The position numbers were made by a program, and so were the translations under genes. Below are positions 1-12,910 of a DNA stretch of 64,000 nt, piece after piece (the stretch's first letter is position 1; every line of letters starts with the position of its first letter). This DNA is from Macrostomum lignano. Taxonomy: Eukaryota. The notes beneath the pieces are model-generated. The model searched no databases. It saw only the letters and a program-made list of their open reading frames with translations, and was not told where the DNA came from. The stretch lies in the NCBI GenBank assembly GCA_002269645.1, contig NIVC01000330.1, positions 124,001-188,000 on the forward strand. The letters run 5' to 3'.

Positions 1-754
1 CGTTAAAATGACCGGGTGCTGGGTAAAAATGGTATACAATGCGCTTGTATAGCACATGAATGTTGCATTGTTGAATCATAGCCAGTGCTTTGGCTATTAT
101 TTAACTCCGCAACATACTATACAATCTACCATTGCTCACACTATATTGACCTTAGTATGGTTCTAGTATGTCTAGTCTCCCTAGCAAATTCTTAATGACT
201 CCGAACGACAATTTCCTGTGGCAAAAAACTGCCGGGTACCTGTACGCTTGTAGAAGCATCGATGCAGGAGTTCCTGAGGTCCGGAAATGCGGGCGGGACC
301 CCGCTTTGTTATCGCAGTGAAATTGTACCGGACATGTAGGCTGGGCTGCCTACATGTCACTCAGTTTGCCTTAGTAAGTCGGAACCTGCGGGTCGTTTCC
401 TGAACCCCTCCTTTCTTTTCATCTCGCTTATAATTTTCTTTTTCCTGCGTTTCCTGAATGCCAACGAATTTGTACATTCGTAGTAGCCTAAGCTTAGTCG
501 GTGAGACGATGTAGGATCCTGTCAGGACATCTTATATCGAATAGATTACAAGTTGCTATATGTAGAGAAGGCGCTTGCAGTTCTAAATTGAGTAGAATGG
601 GGTGATAATTTCGGGGTGTTTAGATTGATTGAGTAGAAAGGTTAATTGCGGTTCCAGGGTGACTAGAAGACGTGACAATAATTCCAGAGTGACTAGAAAT
701 GTTAATTATAGTTTCAGAGGGACTAGAAGCGTTAATTGTAGTTCTAAAGTGACT

Positions 755-1063
755 AATAATAATAATAATAATTGATTACACCCACCCCAATTAGGCCAGA
801 TGTGCAACCCACAGCTCAGCCGCAGCCATTGCTCGGCGCATCTGAAGGCTGCGTACGGCTGTTCAGTCCAAGGACTGGGGGTCGCCACGCACACCCTCAA
901 TTACCCCAGCTAATGCTGGCACCCATTTTACAGCTGGGTGAGCTGAAGCAATGCAGAGTTTAAGTGTCTTGCTCAAGGAGACAAATTGTTCCAGTGGGAT
1001 CGGGAATCGAACCCCCGACCTTCAAGTTGTGAGTCCGACGCTCTAACCACTAGGCTACAACCC
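755..1063 (-). mobile_element. tRNA-derived SINE with CORE-like central domain and (TTA)n tail, inserted in a degenerate ~30-bp GTGACTAGA repeat
   Basis: Minus strand reads GGGTTGTAGCCTAGTGG (A box)...GGTTCGATTCCC (B box), then CCTTGAGCAAGACACTTAA...CAGCTGTAAAATGGG, which resembles the MIR/CORE consensus from memory, then a TTA tail at about 755-772. The same GTGACTA(G)A repeat lies on both sides (about 650-760 and 1085-1170). Confidence 0.75.
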
Positions 1064-1841
1064 TAACAAACAGAAAGTTTAATAATAGTTCTTAGAGTGA
1101 CTATAGAAAGATTACTTTTAGTTCCATAGTGACTACAAACGTTAATTTTTGTTCTAGAGTGACTAGACGGGGTGCTAAAATGTTTTAACTTGCAAGAAAA
1201 ACGCAACTGATGCAGAAATTAGAATCTATTCTACGGCTCGTAGTATCGAGTTAATTTGGAAGTGACAGGTTCATTTTTATACAATTCGCCTGGCTTTCGA
1301 AAGGCCAATTAGCTAGCTATATGCGGACTGAGGTTGTCAGTCAAATTCACGAGCTGCTGAGCAATCTGGGGAGAATAAATTTAATGGAATATTTGCCACC
1401 GACTGATGGAATTTGTTAAGAAAAAAACAATTTCGTCAGTATTCGCGCATCTTCATCTCGCTACTGACCACAGACTATCAGTAGCAATACGCGCGCACTT
1501 CATTTATAATTATAATAGAGACTTGCATATAAAATTTTCCAATCTATTAAATATCTTGAGCCGCACTCAATGCTGGCACTAATAGATGATGATAAGACTT
1601 TACAACGAATATTAACTATTTTGTCGGCATATGTAATCACTACCAGTTAATAAAGTATTTGTCATTTTACAATATATATATATGAAGGCTAAATATACGC
1701 AGAAAGTCTCCATTGCGTGGAATTCACTGTGTCATTGACAAGTTTCTGTGGCACAAACCTTCTTGGCATTTGCTTATTTGACTTAATTATGAAAGCTAGC
1801 TGTGGAAGTTTTCTACTTAGTCCTTAGATGTAAACATAATT

Positions 1842-2810
1842 CTCAGTCATATAATACAGTCCCCAGTCATATAATACAGTCCTCAGTCATATAATACAGT
1901 CCTCAGTCATATCATACAGTCCTCAGTCATATAATACAGTCCTCAGTCATATAATACAGTCCTCAGTCATATCATACAGTCCTCAGTCATATCATATAGT
2001 CCTCAGTCATAATACAGTCCTCAGTCATATAATACAGTCCTCAGTCATAATACAGTCCTCAGTCATATAATACAGTCCTCAGTCATATAATACAGTCCTC
2101 AGTCATATAATACAGTCCTCAGTCATAATACAGTCCTCAGTCATATAATACAGTCCTCAGTCATATAATACAGTCCTCAGTCATATAATACAGTCCTCAG
2201 TCATAATACAGTCCTCAGTCATATAATACAGTGCTCAGTCATATAATACAGTCCTTAGTCATATCATACAGTCCCCAGTCATATAATACAGTCCTCAGTC
2301 ATATCATACAGTCCTCAGTCATAATACAGTCCTCAGTCATATAATACAGTCCTCAGTCATAATACAGTCCTCAGTCATATAATACAGTCCTCAGTCATAT
2401 AATACAGTCCTCAGTCATATGATACAGTCCTCAGGCATATAATACAGTCCTCAGTCATATAATACAGTCCTCAGGCATATAATACAGTTCTCAGTCATAT
2501 CATACAGTCCTCAGTCATAATACAGTCCTCAGTCATATAATACAGTCCTCAGTCATATCATACAGTCCTCAGTCATAATACAGTCCTCAGTCATAATACA
2601 GTCGTCAGTCATAATACAGTCGTCAGTCATAATACAGTCCTCAGTCATATAATACAGTCCTCAGGCATATAATACAGTTCTCAGTCATATCATACAGTTC
2701 TCAGTCATATCATACAGTCCTCACTCATATAATACAGTCCTCACTCATATAATACAGTCCTTAGTCATTTAACGCAGTCCTCAGTCATAAACGCAGTCCT
2801 CAGTCATAAT
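1842..2810. repeat. Minisatellite, 20-bp unit CAGTCCTCAGTCATATAATA with 18-bp variants
   Basis: Direct tandem copies visible in the sequence. Confidence 0.97.
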
Positions 2811-3185
2811 TAATTGATTTCATTGCATTCTCGGCAGTCAATCTATCCATGCATAGTCAAAATCACAATGCCAACTAGCATGAGAGAGAGAGAGTGCAGT
2901 CTAGCTACCTCGGGGTATTAAGCGTTCAACTGCCCCGCAAAGCAAAGCATAGGTAAAGTGTAGCAAACACCTGCCGCCAGAAAATGCAATTTTGTGCCCC
3001 ACCCCCGGGTCGAACAATGTCTGGCCACCCCAAGCGCAGCACGCAGTCACAGCAAGACGCTTGTGAATAGAAAAGATGCACAGGACTGAACTGCAGAGAA
3101 ATGCGCTCGAGAAAAAATTTTTTAATTCTGCATTCGTGTTAGAAAACTCTTGGCTGGCAGAAGAGCAGGTAAAAAAGTGGCTAAA

Positions 3186-6100
3186 ATGGCCGGTAACGGC
3201 AGCAGTTACGACAGAGCCGCGGTTGGCGACAGAAGTACATCAAAGGCCCCTCCGCCGTTGCCGCTGCCACCACCGCAGTATCAGCTGCAGCACCAGCAGC
3301 ACCGAAAGCTGCCTGTGCCGCCGGCGCAGAGCCAGCTGCAGCAGCAGCGAATGCGGCAATATCTGGACTTGCAAAAGCAGAACATCCTAAATCAGCAAAA
3401 GCAACGACAGCAACAGCAAGGGCAAAAAAATCTTCCACACAGGAGCAGCAAAAAACAAGATCTTGAAAAGCGAAAGCAAGAGAATCTGCAAAAGCAGCAA
3501 CAAGAGGATCTGCAGAAACAGCAGCAAGAGGATCTGCAAAAGAAGCGACAAGAGGATCTTCAAAAACAGCAGCAAGAGGATCTTCAGAAACAGCAGCAAG
3601 AGGATCTGCAAAAGCAACAAGAGGATCTTCAGAAACAGAAGCAAGAGGATCTTCAAAAACAGCAGCAAGAGGATCTTCAAAAACAGCAGCAAGAGGATCT
3701 TCAGAAACAGCAGCAAGAGGATCTGCAAAAGCAACAAGAGGATCTTCAAAAACAGAAGCAAGAGGATCTTCAAAAACAGCAAGAGGATGTTCAAAAACAG
3801 CAGCAAGAGGATCTTCAGAGACAGCAAGAAGATCTGCAAAAACACCAGCAAGAGGATCTGCAAAAGCAGAAACAAGCGGATCTGCAAAAGCAGCAACAAG
3901 AAGATCTTCAAAAACACCAGCAAGAGGATCTGGAGAAGCAGCAACAAAAGGATCTGCAGAAACAGCAACAAGAGGATCTGCAAAAGCAGCAACAAGAAGA
4001 TCCGCAGAAACAGCAGCAAGAGGATCAGCAAAAGCAGCAACAAGAAGATCTGCAAAAACACCAGCAAGAGGATCTGCAGAAGCAGCAACAAAAGGATCTG
4101 CAGAAACAGCAACAAGAGGATCTGCAAAAGCAGCAACAAGAAGATCTGCAGAAACAGCAGCAAGAGGATCTGCAAAAGCAGCAACAAGAAGATCTGCAAA
4201 AACACCAGCAAGAGGATCTGCAAAAGCAGCAACAAGAAGATCTGCAAAAGCAGCAACAAGAAGATCTGCAAAAGCAGCAACAGGAGGATCTACAAAATCA
4301 GCAGGAGGATCTGCCAAAGCAGCAGCAAAAGGAGGAGGAGCAGAAGCAACAGCAAAGCCAGCAGAGTCATCAGCAGGAGCAGAACAATCAGCAAGAGCAT
4401 CAACAGAAGCACTCATACCAGCCAATTCAGAATCAGCGACATCAACTGAATGAGCAGCAGCATATGCAACAGTGGCATTTGTGGGCAAGGTAATATTTGT
4501 GCACAATATTATAGTTCAGGTCTGAATCAGTAGGTTCTGTGCTTCTCTCACGGTTCATTTTCTGAGGAATCAAAGAACAGTCCTGCAACCCGCATCCCGA
4601 GGGATGCAGGGATGCAGGAAGCTCGCGTAGAGCTCAAGAAGAAAATCTTGACTCCTACGATGAGCGCTGATGCTAGGCCAGGCTAGCTTTGGTTTGGTGC
4701 AATGCAATGTGTAAATTAAGTCAAATTCACTTTGCCTGCACCGAATTCTCATGCACCCTTAGGGACAAAGCCGACGCTACTCAAAGCTACGATAGTCAGA
4801 CTCAACCGCAGCAGCAGCAGGCGCCAAAAGACCTGACTCTGTACAGCATAAAGTTCGGCATCAACGTCCCCTACTCGGACGTGCGCCGGCTCGTGCAGAC
4901 GGGAGCGCGGCTGCTGTACTCGCTGAAGGAATGCTCCAGAGCTGGCCGAGTCAACTGGAAGCTGCGAATGAGGCGATGTGACTCACCTGATAGCAACAGG
5001 TAAATGAGAGGAGATTTGAATCGGGGTACAGTGCATTGGCAACTAAATTACCGCCCATTGCTGCCCATTCAGCCGACTTCCCTAAGCAGACACACAAGTC
5101 AAACGCACAGCACACACTCACACAGGAGTGTACAGCAGCCCTAACTTTATTTATCCTCAGACATGTACACTTCACTTTGTCTTGAGGGTTGGCTCTCAAG
5201 GACGTTTAATTCCACGAGCAGATCCAAGCCGAGATTCCAATTAAGTCCCAAATTAATGTGACTGCACTTGGAATCGAGCCTGGGCCGCTGGCACACCAGA
5301 CTATAAATTGATCTGCTTTAGGCTCGTAAAAATTAACCACGCTGACGTACGTGTCAAACAATGCTCCAAGCACAGCTTTCCCATGTTCTATTCCTATCCA
5401 ATCAAGAAGCCAACCACCGTCCGGACGTGCTTCCGATCCCTACGTGTCGCTTTACCTCAAGTTCGAGCCGCAGACGTTAGCCGAGTCGGCCAGCTGCTCT
5501 GTCGAATTCGCAGTCCGCCTCGCCGGCCCCAGCGGTCGGAGCGTTGAGCGTCGCAGCGCCGGCCGTCGCCAGTTTGACCAGCGCGACAGTTGCCGCGGCT
5601 GGGCGCGCTTCGCCAGAGCTTCGGAGCTCGAGGCGCTCGCCTTTTCAATCAACGGCGTCAAACACTTGAAGCTCAGCGGCGTCCTGCAGGTGTTCGACGC
5701 GTCGCAATTTCTGTACCCAGAGCGGCGGCACAATTTCGCCAGGTGTCAGCTGGGCGCCGACTTCCGCTTGCGCGTACAGCTGGCCACCTTTCACGTGCAC
5801 CGGGCGGTGCTGGCGCTCAACTCTGACTACTTTGCCGCCCTGCTGGCCAGGCCGGACAGCCTGGAGTCCCGGCAGGGCCAGGTCGTGCTCAGCGAAGACC
5901 GGATTCAGGTGAGATGTCTCAGAGTGTACAACACCGTGTTCAGTGTCTCTCAGGTAGATAGAGTTCCAGAACTTCAGTTCAAACTGTAAACCGGCGCCCA
6001 ACAACCTCAGGACGTGCACCTGATGCTGCAGTTCATGTATCCGGGATACGCAGACGTTCTGGACGACGAAACTTTAAAGCCGCTGAGTCGTTTAGCAGCC

Positions 6101-7375
6101 AAGTACCAGGTGCACAGCCTTGCATGGAGCTGTATGCAGTACATTGACAGGTAATTCCCAATTTTTTTACAATTATTAAGCTTACATGTACAGATAAGAT
6201 TGCCCGTGGAGTGATAGACTTTATACCTTAAAGCTTCCATCCTATTCTAAATTCTCTGTCAATCAATGCGTGCGCTCCAGCGAGAAAAGCTGAGGACACG
6301 ACCCCTGCCCAAGGTTCACTAGAAGTTGCCATAGGGGTCAGACGTTCTGCATACAGTTGTCATACAACAGCACCTTCTAGTGGTCCTTTCCCTTGCCTTA
6401 GCCAATAAGAAGCGTTAATGTACAAGGGAAAGAATTTAAATGCAAAACTTTTGGTCCTGACAGCCGAGGACCAAGGCCGAACCTTAAAACCTTAATCCCT
6501 GACAAAATCCTTGTATCTTGTACGAGTTAACCGTTCAATATAGTGATTGTAAGCACCAAATACATCTATAGAGGGTTGTAAAGTTACGACGCTACATTTG
6601 TGATTGCATCACCAGGAAAAGTTAGCAGAACTACGTCTTACTTCAAGTGCTTTAGTTACTAGTACACTCTTGACTCTGTAAGGAAGTGGGAGTCTTTTTT
6701 TTAATATGCTTCGCTTTTATAATAAAAAGCACAATTTTTGGCTCCTACGGTAACTTTTGAAGGACACATGGATGAAGCACACAAGCGGCTGACGCACCCC
6801 AATCGCATTGAATTAATTTACAGTCCTGAAAATTAGTTACGCAATGAAGTAAACTCAACCAACGGCTAGCAGAAGCTCTGTGCTTCTCTTGTAGACATTA
6901 GTTAGAGAGGATATCCTTTTGCATTTATGGAAATATATCGATCGTCTCACACAGAGAATACCCGTTCTAATCCCCGCTACTCAGCAAGCTAGGCGAGCAC
7001 CCGGCCCCAGACGCGGAACGGATTGCACTCTACTACTTTGTGTGCCAAGAGTCGCTGCAGTGTCCGGATCTGGCCGAGCAGTGTGTCCGAATAGCGGCCA
7101 GCCTGCCCTGGCGCGGTGGCCTACGCGAAGCGCGCCACTTCCGAGAGCTCGACGAGACGCGCAAGGCAGCCTTCTTGCAGGCCTATCTCGACTTCAAGGA
7201 CGAGATGCAGTTTTCGACACCTGGTTCAGAACAGCTTCCAACAATGCCACCGCCACCGCCTCCGCCGACATCGGCTGTAGCTAAGAACGCCTCCCAAAAA
7301 GCGGGCGATGATAATTCACTGTCGTCGGACACCGGGCTACCCGCAGAGGATGACGAAGGAAGTCAAACCGAGTAG
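3186..7375 (+). CDS. MATH + BTB/POZ domain protein (SPOP-like architecture) with Q-rich tandem-repeat N-terminus; exons 3186-4489, 4763-4999, ~5407/5410-5908, 6011-6150, 6985-7375
   Basis: All junctions are GT-AG and phase-compatible. MATH-like motifs: WKLRM, YVSLYL, RGWARF. BTB motifs: ADFRLRV..FHVHRAVLALNSDYFAALL..ES, then LMLQFMY..LAAKYQV..L...C. The exon-3 acceptor is an AAGAAG tandem, so its exact position is ambiguous. Confidence 0.85.
3470..4335 (+). repeat. Coding tandem repeat, 21/24-nt units encoding (Q)QQEDLQK
   Basis: Unit lengths are multiples of 3 and the frame stays open across the whole array in exon 1. Confidence 0.92.
5056..5300 (-). mobile_element. tRNA-related SINE family B copy (intron 2 of MATH-BTB gene)
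   Basis: Clearly similar to 55880-56143 (shared CATTGCTGCCCATT, CATGTACACTTCAC, GACTGCACTTGGAATCGAGCCTGGGCCGCTGG). B-box-like GGCTCGATTCCA on the minus strand. Confidence 0.7.
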
Positions 7376-7427
7376 TGCCCATGGCAGTGGCAGATCCGGA
7401 AATCCGCTAAAATTAAGAAAGTGGAAA

Positions 7428-8000
7428 GGATAGCGACGTCCCAGAGAAGAACCATGGGGAGGATAGCGACGTCCCAGAGAAGAACCATGGGGAGGATAGC
7501 GACGTCCCAGCAAACCATGGGGGGGGGTAGCGACGTTCCAGAGAAGAACCATGGGGAGGATAGCGACGTCCCAGCAAACAATGGGGGGGGGTAGCGACGT
7601 CCCAGAGAAGAACCATGGGGAGGATAGCGACGTCCCAGCAAACCATGGGGGGGGGGGTAGCGACGTCCCAGAGAAGAACCATGGGGAGGATAGCGACGTC
7701 CCAGCAAACCATGGGGGGGTAGCGACGTCCCAGAGAAGAACCATGGGGAGGATAGCGACGTCCCAGTGGGGGGGGGGGTAGCGACGTCCCAGAGAAGAAC
7801 CATGGGGAGGATAGCGACGTCCCAGCAAAGAAACTGGATAGCGACGTCCATGAGAAGAACCATGGGGAGGATAGCGACGTTCCAGAGAACCAATGGAGGA
7901 CAGCGACGTTCCAGAGAACCATGGGGAGGATAGCGACGTTCCAGAGAACCATGGGGAAGGTAGCGACGTCACTGAGAACCATTATGATAATGACGACGTC
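7428..8000. repeat. Minisatellite of ~33-bp units GATAGCGACGTCCCAGAGAAGAACCATGGGGAG alternating with poly-G variants
   Basis: Direct tandem copies starting about 55 nt after the MATH-BTB stop codon. Confidence 0.95.
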
Positions 8001-9244
8001 CCATAGACGTATTAAAAAGTAGAAAGCAGAAGTTGGTGAAAGATAGTCATACGCGCACGTAGCAACCGCTTTTGGGAGCCGACAATGAATCCACCTGGAT
8101 CCGCCACTTTCCGACTGCAGCAACTCAGAATGAGACAAGATCAAGCAAGATTTAAGTCGATGCGTCATTTCTGATCTCCCGATTATTCTCTTACGAGTAC
8201 TGTATAAATTGGACATCTTTACAAATCTATATAGAATCAGAAGTCCTAAGTACATGTACCTAATCCTACATCTGCTCGTTATTAAAATCTTATCTCGTAG
8301 ACGCTGTTTAATTTTTGCTTCATTTACTGGTAGCTATTAATACTTGTAATTACCGAATGCATTCATAATCATGTAAAAGATTGATTATTGCTTATTTCAT
8401 GCCTAAATTATACAATAAAAACCGACATTGAAACACACGATACGAGACCACATTGCGCTGATAATGAGTGTAGCTCGTATGCTTCTATTGCTGACTTTAT
8501 TCACTATGATTCGACACTTTATAAAACAGATGTCTGGGGGTCATCCTTGACCATCGCAACTCTCGGCGCTACCTGAGACCCTCACCCACTGCCACCTCTG
8601 GTGGATTTACACAGCCATTGTGAAACCGGAAATGTCAGTTAAATTTGAAGCAGCGCGAGGCCTGCTGACCCTCTCGGACAGATTTATCCAACGTTTTCAG
8701 GCCCGGAAATTTCTGAAAGCTCGCCCGCTATTTAAGGGCTACCGGGCGAGCGACCATCTATGGGCATCGACGCCTCCCCGCAGCATCCGGATGCCCGGAA
8801 CCCCCTGCAGCTGAATCGCTGAATAAAATAATTTTCAACTCTAAAAATGAGCCACAGATTTACATCATTATATATCGAAAAACAAAGATAGCCTTCAGGC
8901 TAAAAGTAAAATTTGTGTATTGTTGCACAAGCAGAAGACATCAGCAATCGTGTTGGATATGCCAAATTTTTAATAGAAATAAATGTGAAAATTTACACGT
9001 ACTCAAAGGCTTATGTGCCAATATTTACATTAATTTGCAGTAATCATAATTTTGTCAGCAGAAAAAAGAACAGATGCCATAGAAAAATAGAAAATGCAAC
9101 AAGCGAACTCAAGCGAACCAGGGCGCCAGGGGAAGGGTGTACAATGCTTGGATTCTGAATAGAATTAGTCACACAATTAAATACGGAGCCAGCTGTTAAA
9201 GCCCAGCTGTCACAAAGAGATAAAAGTAGTTTCTCAAGTCTTAG

Positions 9245-9709
9245 TTATTTATTGCCACCGTCAGTAAGGCGTTTCGAACGACATCGCTTCAGCCTGGACA
9301 GGAGCTGTTTCCCCCGGTGCTGCTGCTGACGTGGCCGAAGCCGCTTCAATGCGCTTGGCGGCTGCGGATTGAATACGTTCAGCTGCGACTGGGACTGCAG
9401 CACCGCCGTCGGGGCAACGCCAGCGACTTCTTGAACTGACCCAGGCTGCTTCGGTGGTGACGGCTGCAGCGGTTTTGGGCTTAACGATTTTCTATTTTGA
9501 TCTTCGATTTTTCGATAGGCGACCAGCACTACAGGCGAAGACTGGCCGTTAGCTTTCTGCATTGGCTGCGCTGCCTCAATGCGCAGCTTCTCTTTTCGAC
9601 TTCGCCTTTGCCGCTGCTGCCGCTTCTTCTTTTGCTTTGATTTTGGTGCCGACGCCGCCTCCGCATAGCGGGCGCAACAGTTGGCGTCGCTTGACATCAA
9701 CATAATCAA
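9245..9709 (-). CDS. Unassigned basic, Q/P-rich ORF (possible exon or retroelement ORF1 relic)
   Basis: 154-codon open frame in GC-rich DNA within AT-rich surroundings; K/R cluster and a YAEAAS motif; no recognisable domain or splice partner found. Confidence 0.3.
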   Translation of the reverse strand: MIMLMSSDANCCARYAEAASAPKSKQKKKRQQRQRRSRKEKLRIEAAQPMQKANGQSSPVVLVAYRKIEDQNRKSLSPKPLQPSPPKQPGSVQEVAGVAPTAVLQSQSQLNVFNPQPPSALKRLRPRQQQHRGKQLLSRLKRCRSKRLTDGGNK

Positions 9710-10880
9710 GTAAGATTGGTTCTAAGAAAGGAAACTACTCTACACTATTTTTAAGAATTCTGGTAGCGATTGGTGTTTCTAAGAAAGAAAAAAACTCTAC
9801 GCAGTTTCTAAGAATCACAGTAGCGATTGGCGTTTCAAAAAAAGTAAATGTTACTCTGTTTCTATGAAAGAATCATGGTAGCGATTGGTGTTTCTAAGAA
9901 AGGAAAAACTTTACACGGTTTCTAAGAAAAGAAATACTCCACACCGTTTCTCAGAAGAAATCATGGTAGCGATCGGCGTCTGTAAAAAAGGAAAAACTCC
10001 ACTGTATCAAAGAAAGAATCCTGGTAGCGATTGGCGTTTTTTAAGAAAGAATCCTATTAGCGATTGGCGTTTCTAAGAAAGAATCCTGTTAGCGATTGGC
10101 GTTTCTAAGAAAGAATCCTGTTAGCGATTGGCGTTTCTAAGAAAGAATCCGGTTAGCGATTGGCGTTTCTAAGAAATAATCCTGTTAGCGATTGGCGTTT
10201 CTAAGAAAGAATCCTGTTAGCGACTGGCGTTTCTAAGAAAGAATCCTGTTAGCGATTGGCGTTTCTAAGAAATAATCCTGTTAGCGATTGGCGTTTCTAA
10301 GAAAGAATCCTGTTAGCGATTGGCGTTTCTAAGAAAGAATCCTGTTAGCGATTGGCGTTTCTAAGAAAGAATCCTGTTAGCGATTGGCGTTTCTAAGAAA
10401 GAATCCTGTTAGCGATTGGCGTTTCTAAGAAAGAATCCTGTTAGCGATTGGCGTTTCTAAGAAAGAATCCTGTTAGCGATTGGCGTTTCTAAGAAAGAAT
10501 CCTGTTAGCGATTGGCGTTTCTAAGAAAGAATCCTGTTAGCGATTGGCGTTTCTAAGAAAGAATCCTGTTAGCGATTGGCGTTTCTAAGAAAGAATCCTG
10601 TTAGCGATTGGCGTTTCTAAAAAAGAATCCTGTTAGCGATTGGCGTTTCTAAGAAAGAATCCTGTTCGCGATTGGCGTTTCTAAGAAAGAATCCTGTTCG
10701 CGATTGGCGTTTCTAAGAAAGAATCCTGTTCGCGATTGGCGTTTCTAAGAAAGAATCCTGTTAGCGATTGGCGTTTCTAAGAAAGAATCCTGTTCGCGAT
10801 TGGCGTTTCTAAGAAAGAATCCTGTTCGCGATTGGCGTTTCTAAGAAAGAATCCTGTTAGCGATTGGCGTTTCTAAGAAC
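9700..10880. repeat. Minisatellite, 32-bp unit CTAAGAAAGAATCCTGTTAGCGATTGGCGTTT; homogeneous from ~10050, degenerate to the left
   Basis: Period measured as 32 (GAATCC at 10081 and 10113). Confidence 0.97.
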
Positions 10881-11396
10881 TGCCTTAGAACTGCCTACCT
10901 ACATTGTTCAAGTTATAAGCAAATAAATAATTAAATTCCATAGCCAGAATATGCCAATCAACTGACTTAAAAAAATCAATGCAAACAAACAGGGATTGTA
11001 TTGTTGAATAATAAATTAATATTGCGCAATATCTTTCACTAATACACACACAAACCCGCGATACAAGTTTAAACAAAAAACCAATAAAGACAGACTAAAA
11101 CCGCACTATACAGTGCAATGCACAAGAATTATTATAGGTACAAAAATTATTATTCAACGAAGCGGAACAGACAAATACGGAAGAAATTCGAGCCTGGGAC
11201 TGACTTATAAACAGTTTTAGGAATGAAAACATAACACATACTGACAACAATAGCAACAATAACACTAAGCTTTGCTTTCACTTTAATATATCGCATCATT
11301 CGCAAACCCCTGGAAAGCAGAGAAGCAGTTTTACCAAGCCAATCAATGCACTGTATTGATTAATTAGCAGTCTAAAGACCACTGCGGCACTGAAAG

Positions 11397-12910
11397 CTAC
11401 GCATTGGCCTCCTCGCAGGCGTCAACCCAGTCGCCGTAGACGTCTATAGGCTCGGACAGGTAGTTAATGTTGGTCTGGAAGTCTTCCAGACAGACCCGGC
11501 AAGAGATTGAGCCGACGCCGGCTGCTCGATTCCTGATGATGATTTTGGGCCAGAATTGAAGCTTTTTCATGGTGGCTGGTTTAGCAAGCTTTTAAAATGG
11601 GAATTATGATGTTACAATCCATAGTTCAATGATTAGAGATCTCAGGTATCAGGAACGCGAAATGCGTTGTAGGAAAATTCACGTATGAAACGTGAAAGCT
11701 GCTCATGAGATCTCGCATGAGAAACGAGAAGTACACTTGTGAGATCTCACACAAGAAACGGGAAATATCATACACCCAAGAGATCTCAGATGAGAAACGT
11801 GAAATACAGCCCATAAGATCTCAATGAAAAGCATAAAACACCCATTAGATCTCACTTGAGAAACGTGAAATACCACACACGGCCATTAGAAACGTGAAAT
11901 ACCACACACCTAAGAGATCTCACATGAGAAACGTGAAATAAACCCACGAGATCTTACATGAGAAACGTGAAATGAACCCATGAGATCTCACTCACATAAG
12001 AAACGTGAGATACCACACACTGCCATTAGAAACGTCAATACCACACACCCAAGAGATCTCACATGAGAAACGTGAAATACACCCATGAGATCTCACTCAC
12101 ATAAGAAACGTGAAATACCACACACCTAAGAGATCTCACGTGAGAAACGTGAAATAAACCCATGAGATCTTTAGTGATCTTAGCTCGTACATGAGAAACG
12201 TGAAATACACCCAAGAGATCTCACTCACATAAGAAACGTGAAATACCACACACTGCCATTAGAAACGTGAATACCACACACCCAAGAGATCTCACATGAG
12301 AAACGTGAACTACACCCATGAGATCTCACTCACATAAGAAACGTGAAATACCACACACCTAAGAGATCTCACATGAGAAACGTGAAATAAACCCATGAGA
12401 TCTTACATGAGAAACGTGAAATGAACCCATGAGATCTCACTCACATAAGAAACGTGAGATACCACACACTGCCATTAGAAACGTCAATACCACACACCCA
12501 AGAGATCTCACATGAGAAACGTGAAATACACCCATGAGATCTCACTCACATAAGAAACGTGAAATACCACACACCTAAGAGATCTCACATGAGAAACGTG
12601 AAATACACCCATGAGATCTTACATGAGAAACGTGAAGTACACATGTGAGATCACACAAGAAACGGGAAATATCATACACCCATGAGATCTCACATGAGAC
12701 ACGTGAGACACAACCGTAAGAGTTCAATGAGATCAAAGTGCAAAGCGCAATGCAAAGGGGTCTTTAAAGTGCACATTCAGGTACACACACTTACATCTTG
12801 ACTTCGCAAGATTTCTCGTGATTGCAGAATGGACAATTGAACTGCATGTCCAGCGGCATAATGGCCTTCTGCTTTGGCGGCGGCTTCCTAGCCTTCCTTC
12901 GGCGGCCCAT
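11397..12910 (-). CDS. ELOF1: Transcription elongation factor 1 homolog (ELOF1/Elf1), 83 aa; exons 12910-12795 and 11532-11397
   Basis: Spliced product [32 protein letters not shown]|[44 protein letters not shown]; zinc ribbon CPFC/CRVC; GTAAGT donor and TCAG acceptor in phase. Confidence 0.97.
11680..12720. repeat. Complex higher-order repeat in ELOF1 intron (subunit GAGATCTCACATGAGAAACGTGAAATAC)
   Basis: Subunits recur throughout; the marker TGCCATTAGAA falls at about 12021, 12254 and 12470, giving a ~215-235 bp higher-order period. Confidence 0.9.

Noticed and set aside
331-358. Perfect 11-bp hairpin (also a 9-bp hairpin at 44535-44555) as a Helitron end or terminator
   Set aside because: No downstream CTRR end or other supporting context.
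993-1063. Possible tRNA gene on the minus strand
   Set aside because: The acceptor stem does not pair and the sequence continues into a SINE body and tail.
3181-4506. Long antisense and alternate-frame ORFs (441, 297 and 328 aa) over the Q-rich exon
   Set aside because: Shadows of a stop-free coding repeat; only the Q-rich + frame splices in phase to MATH-BTB.
7337-8255. Several ORFs through the 33-bp array
   Set aside because: Translations of a minisatellite with no domain or splice support.
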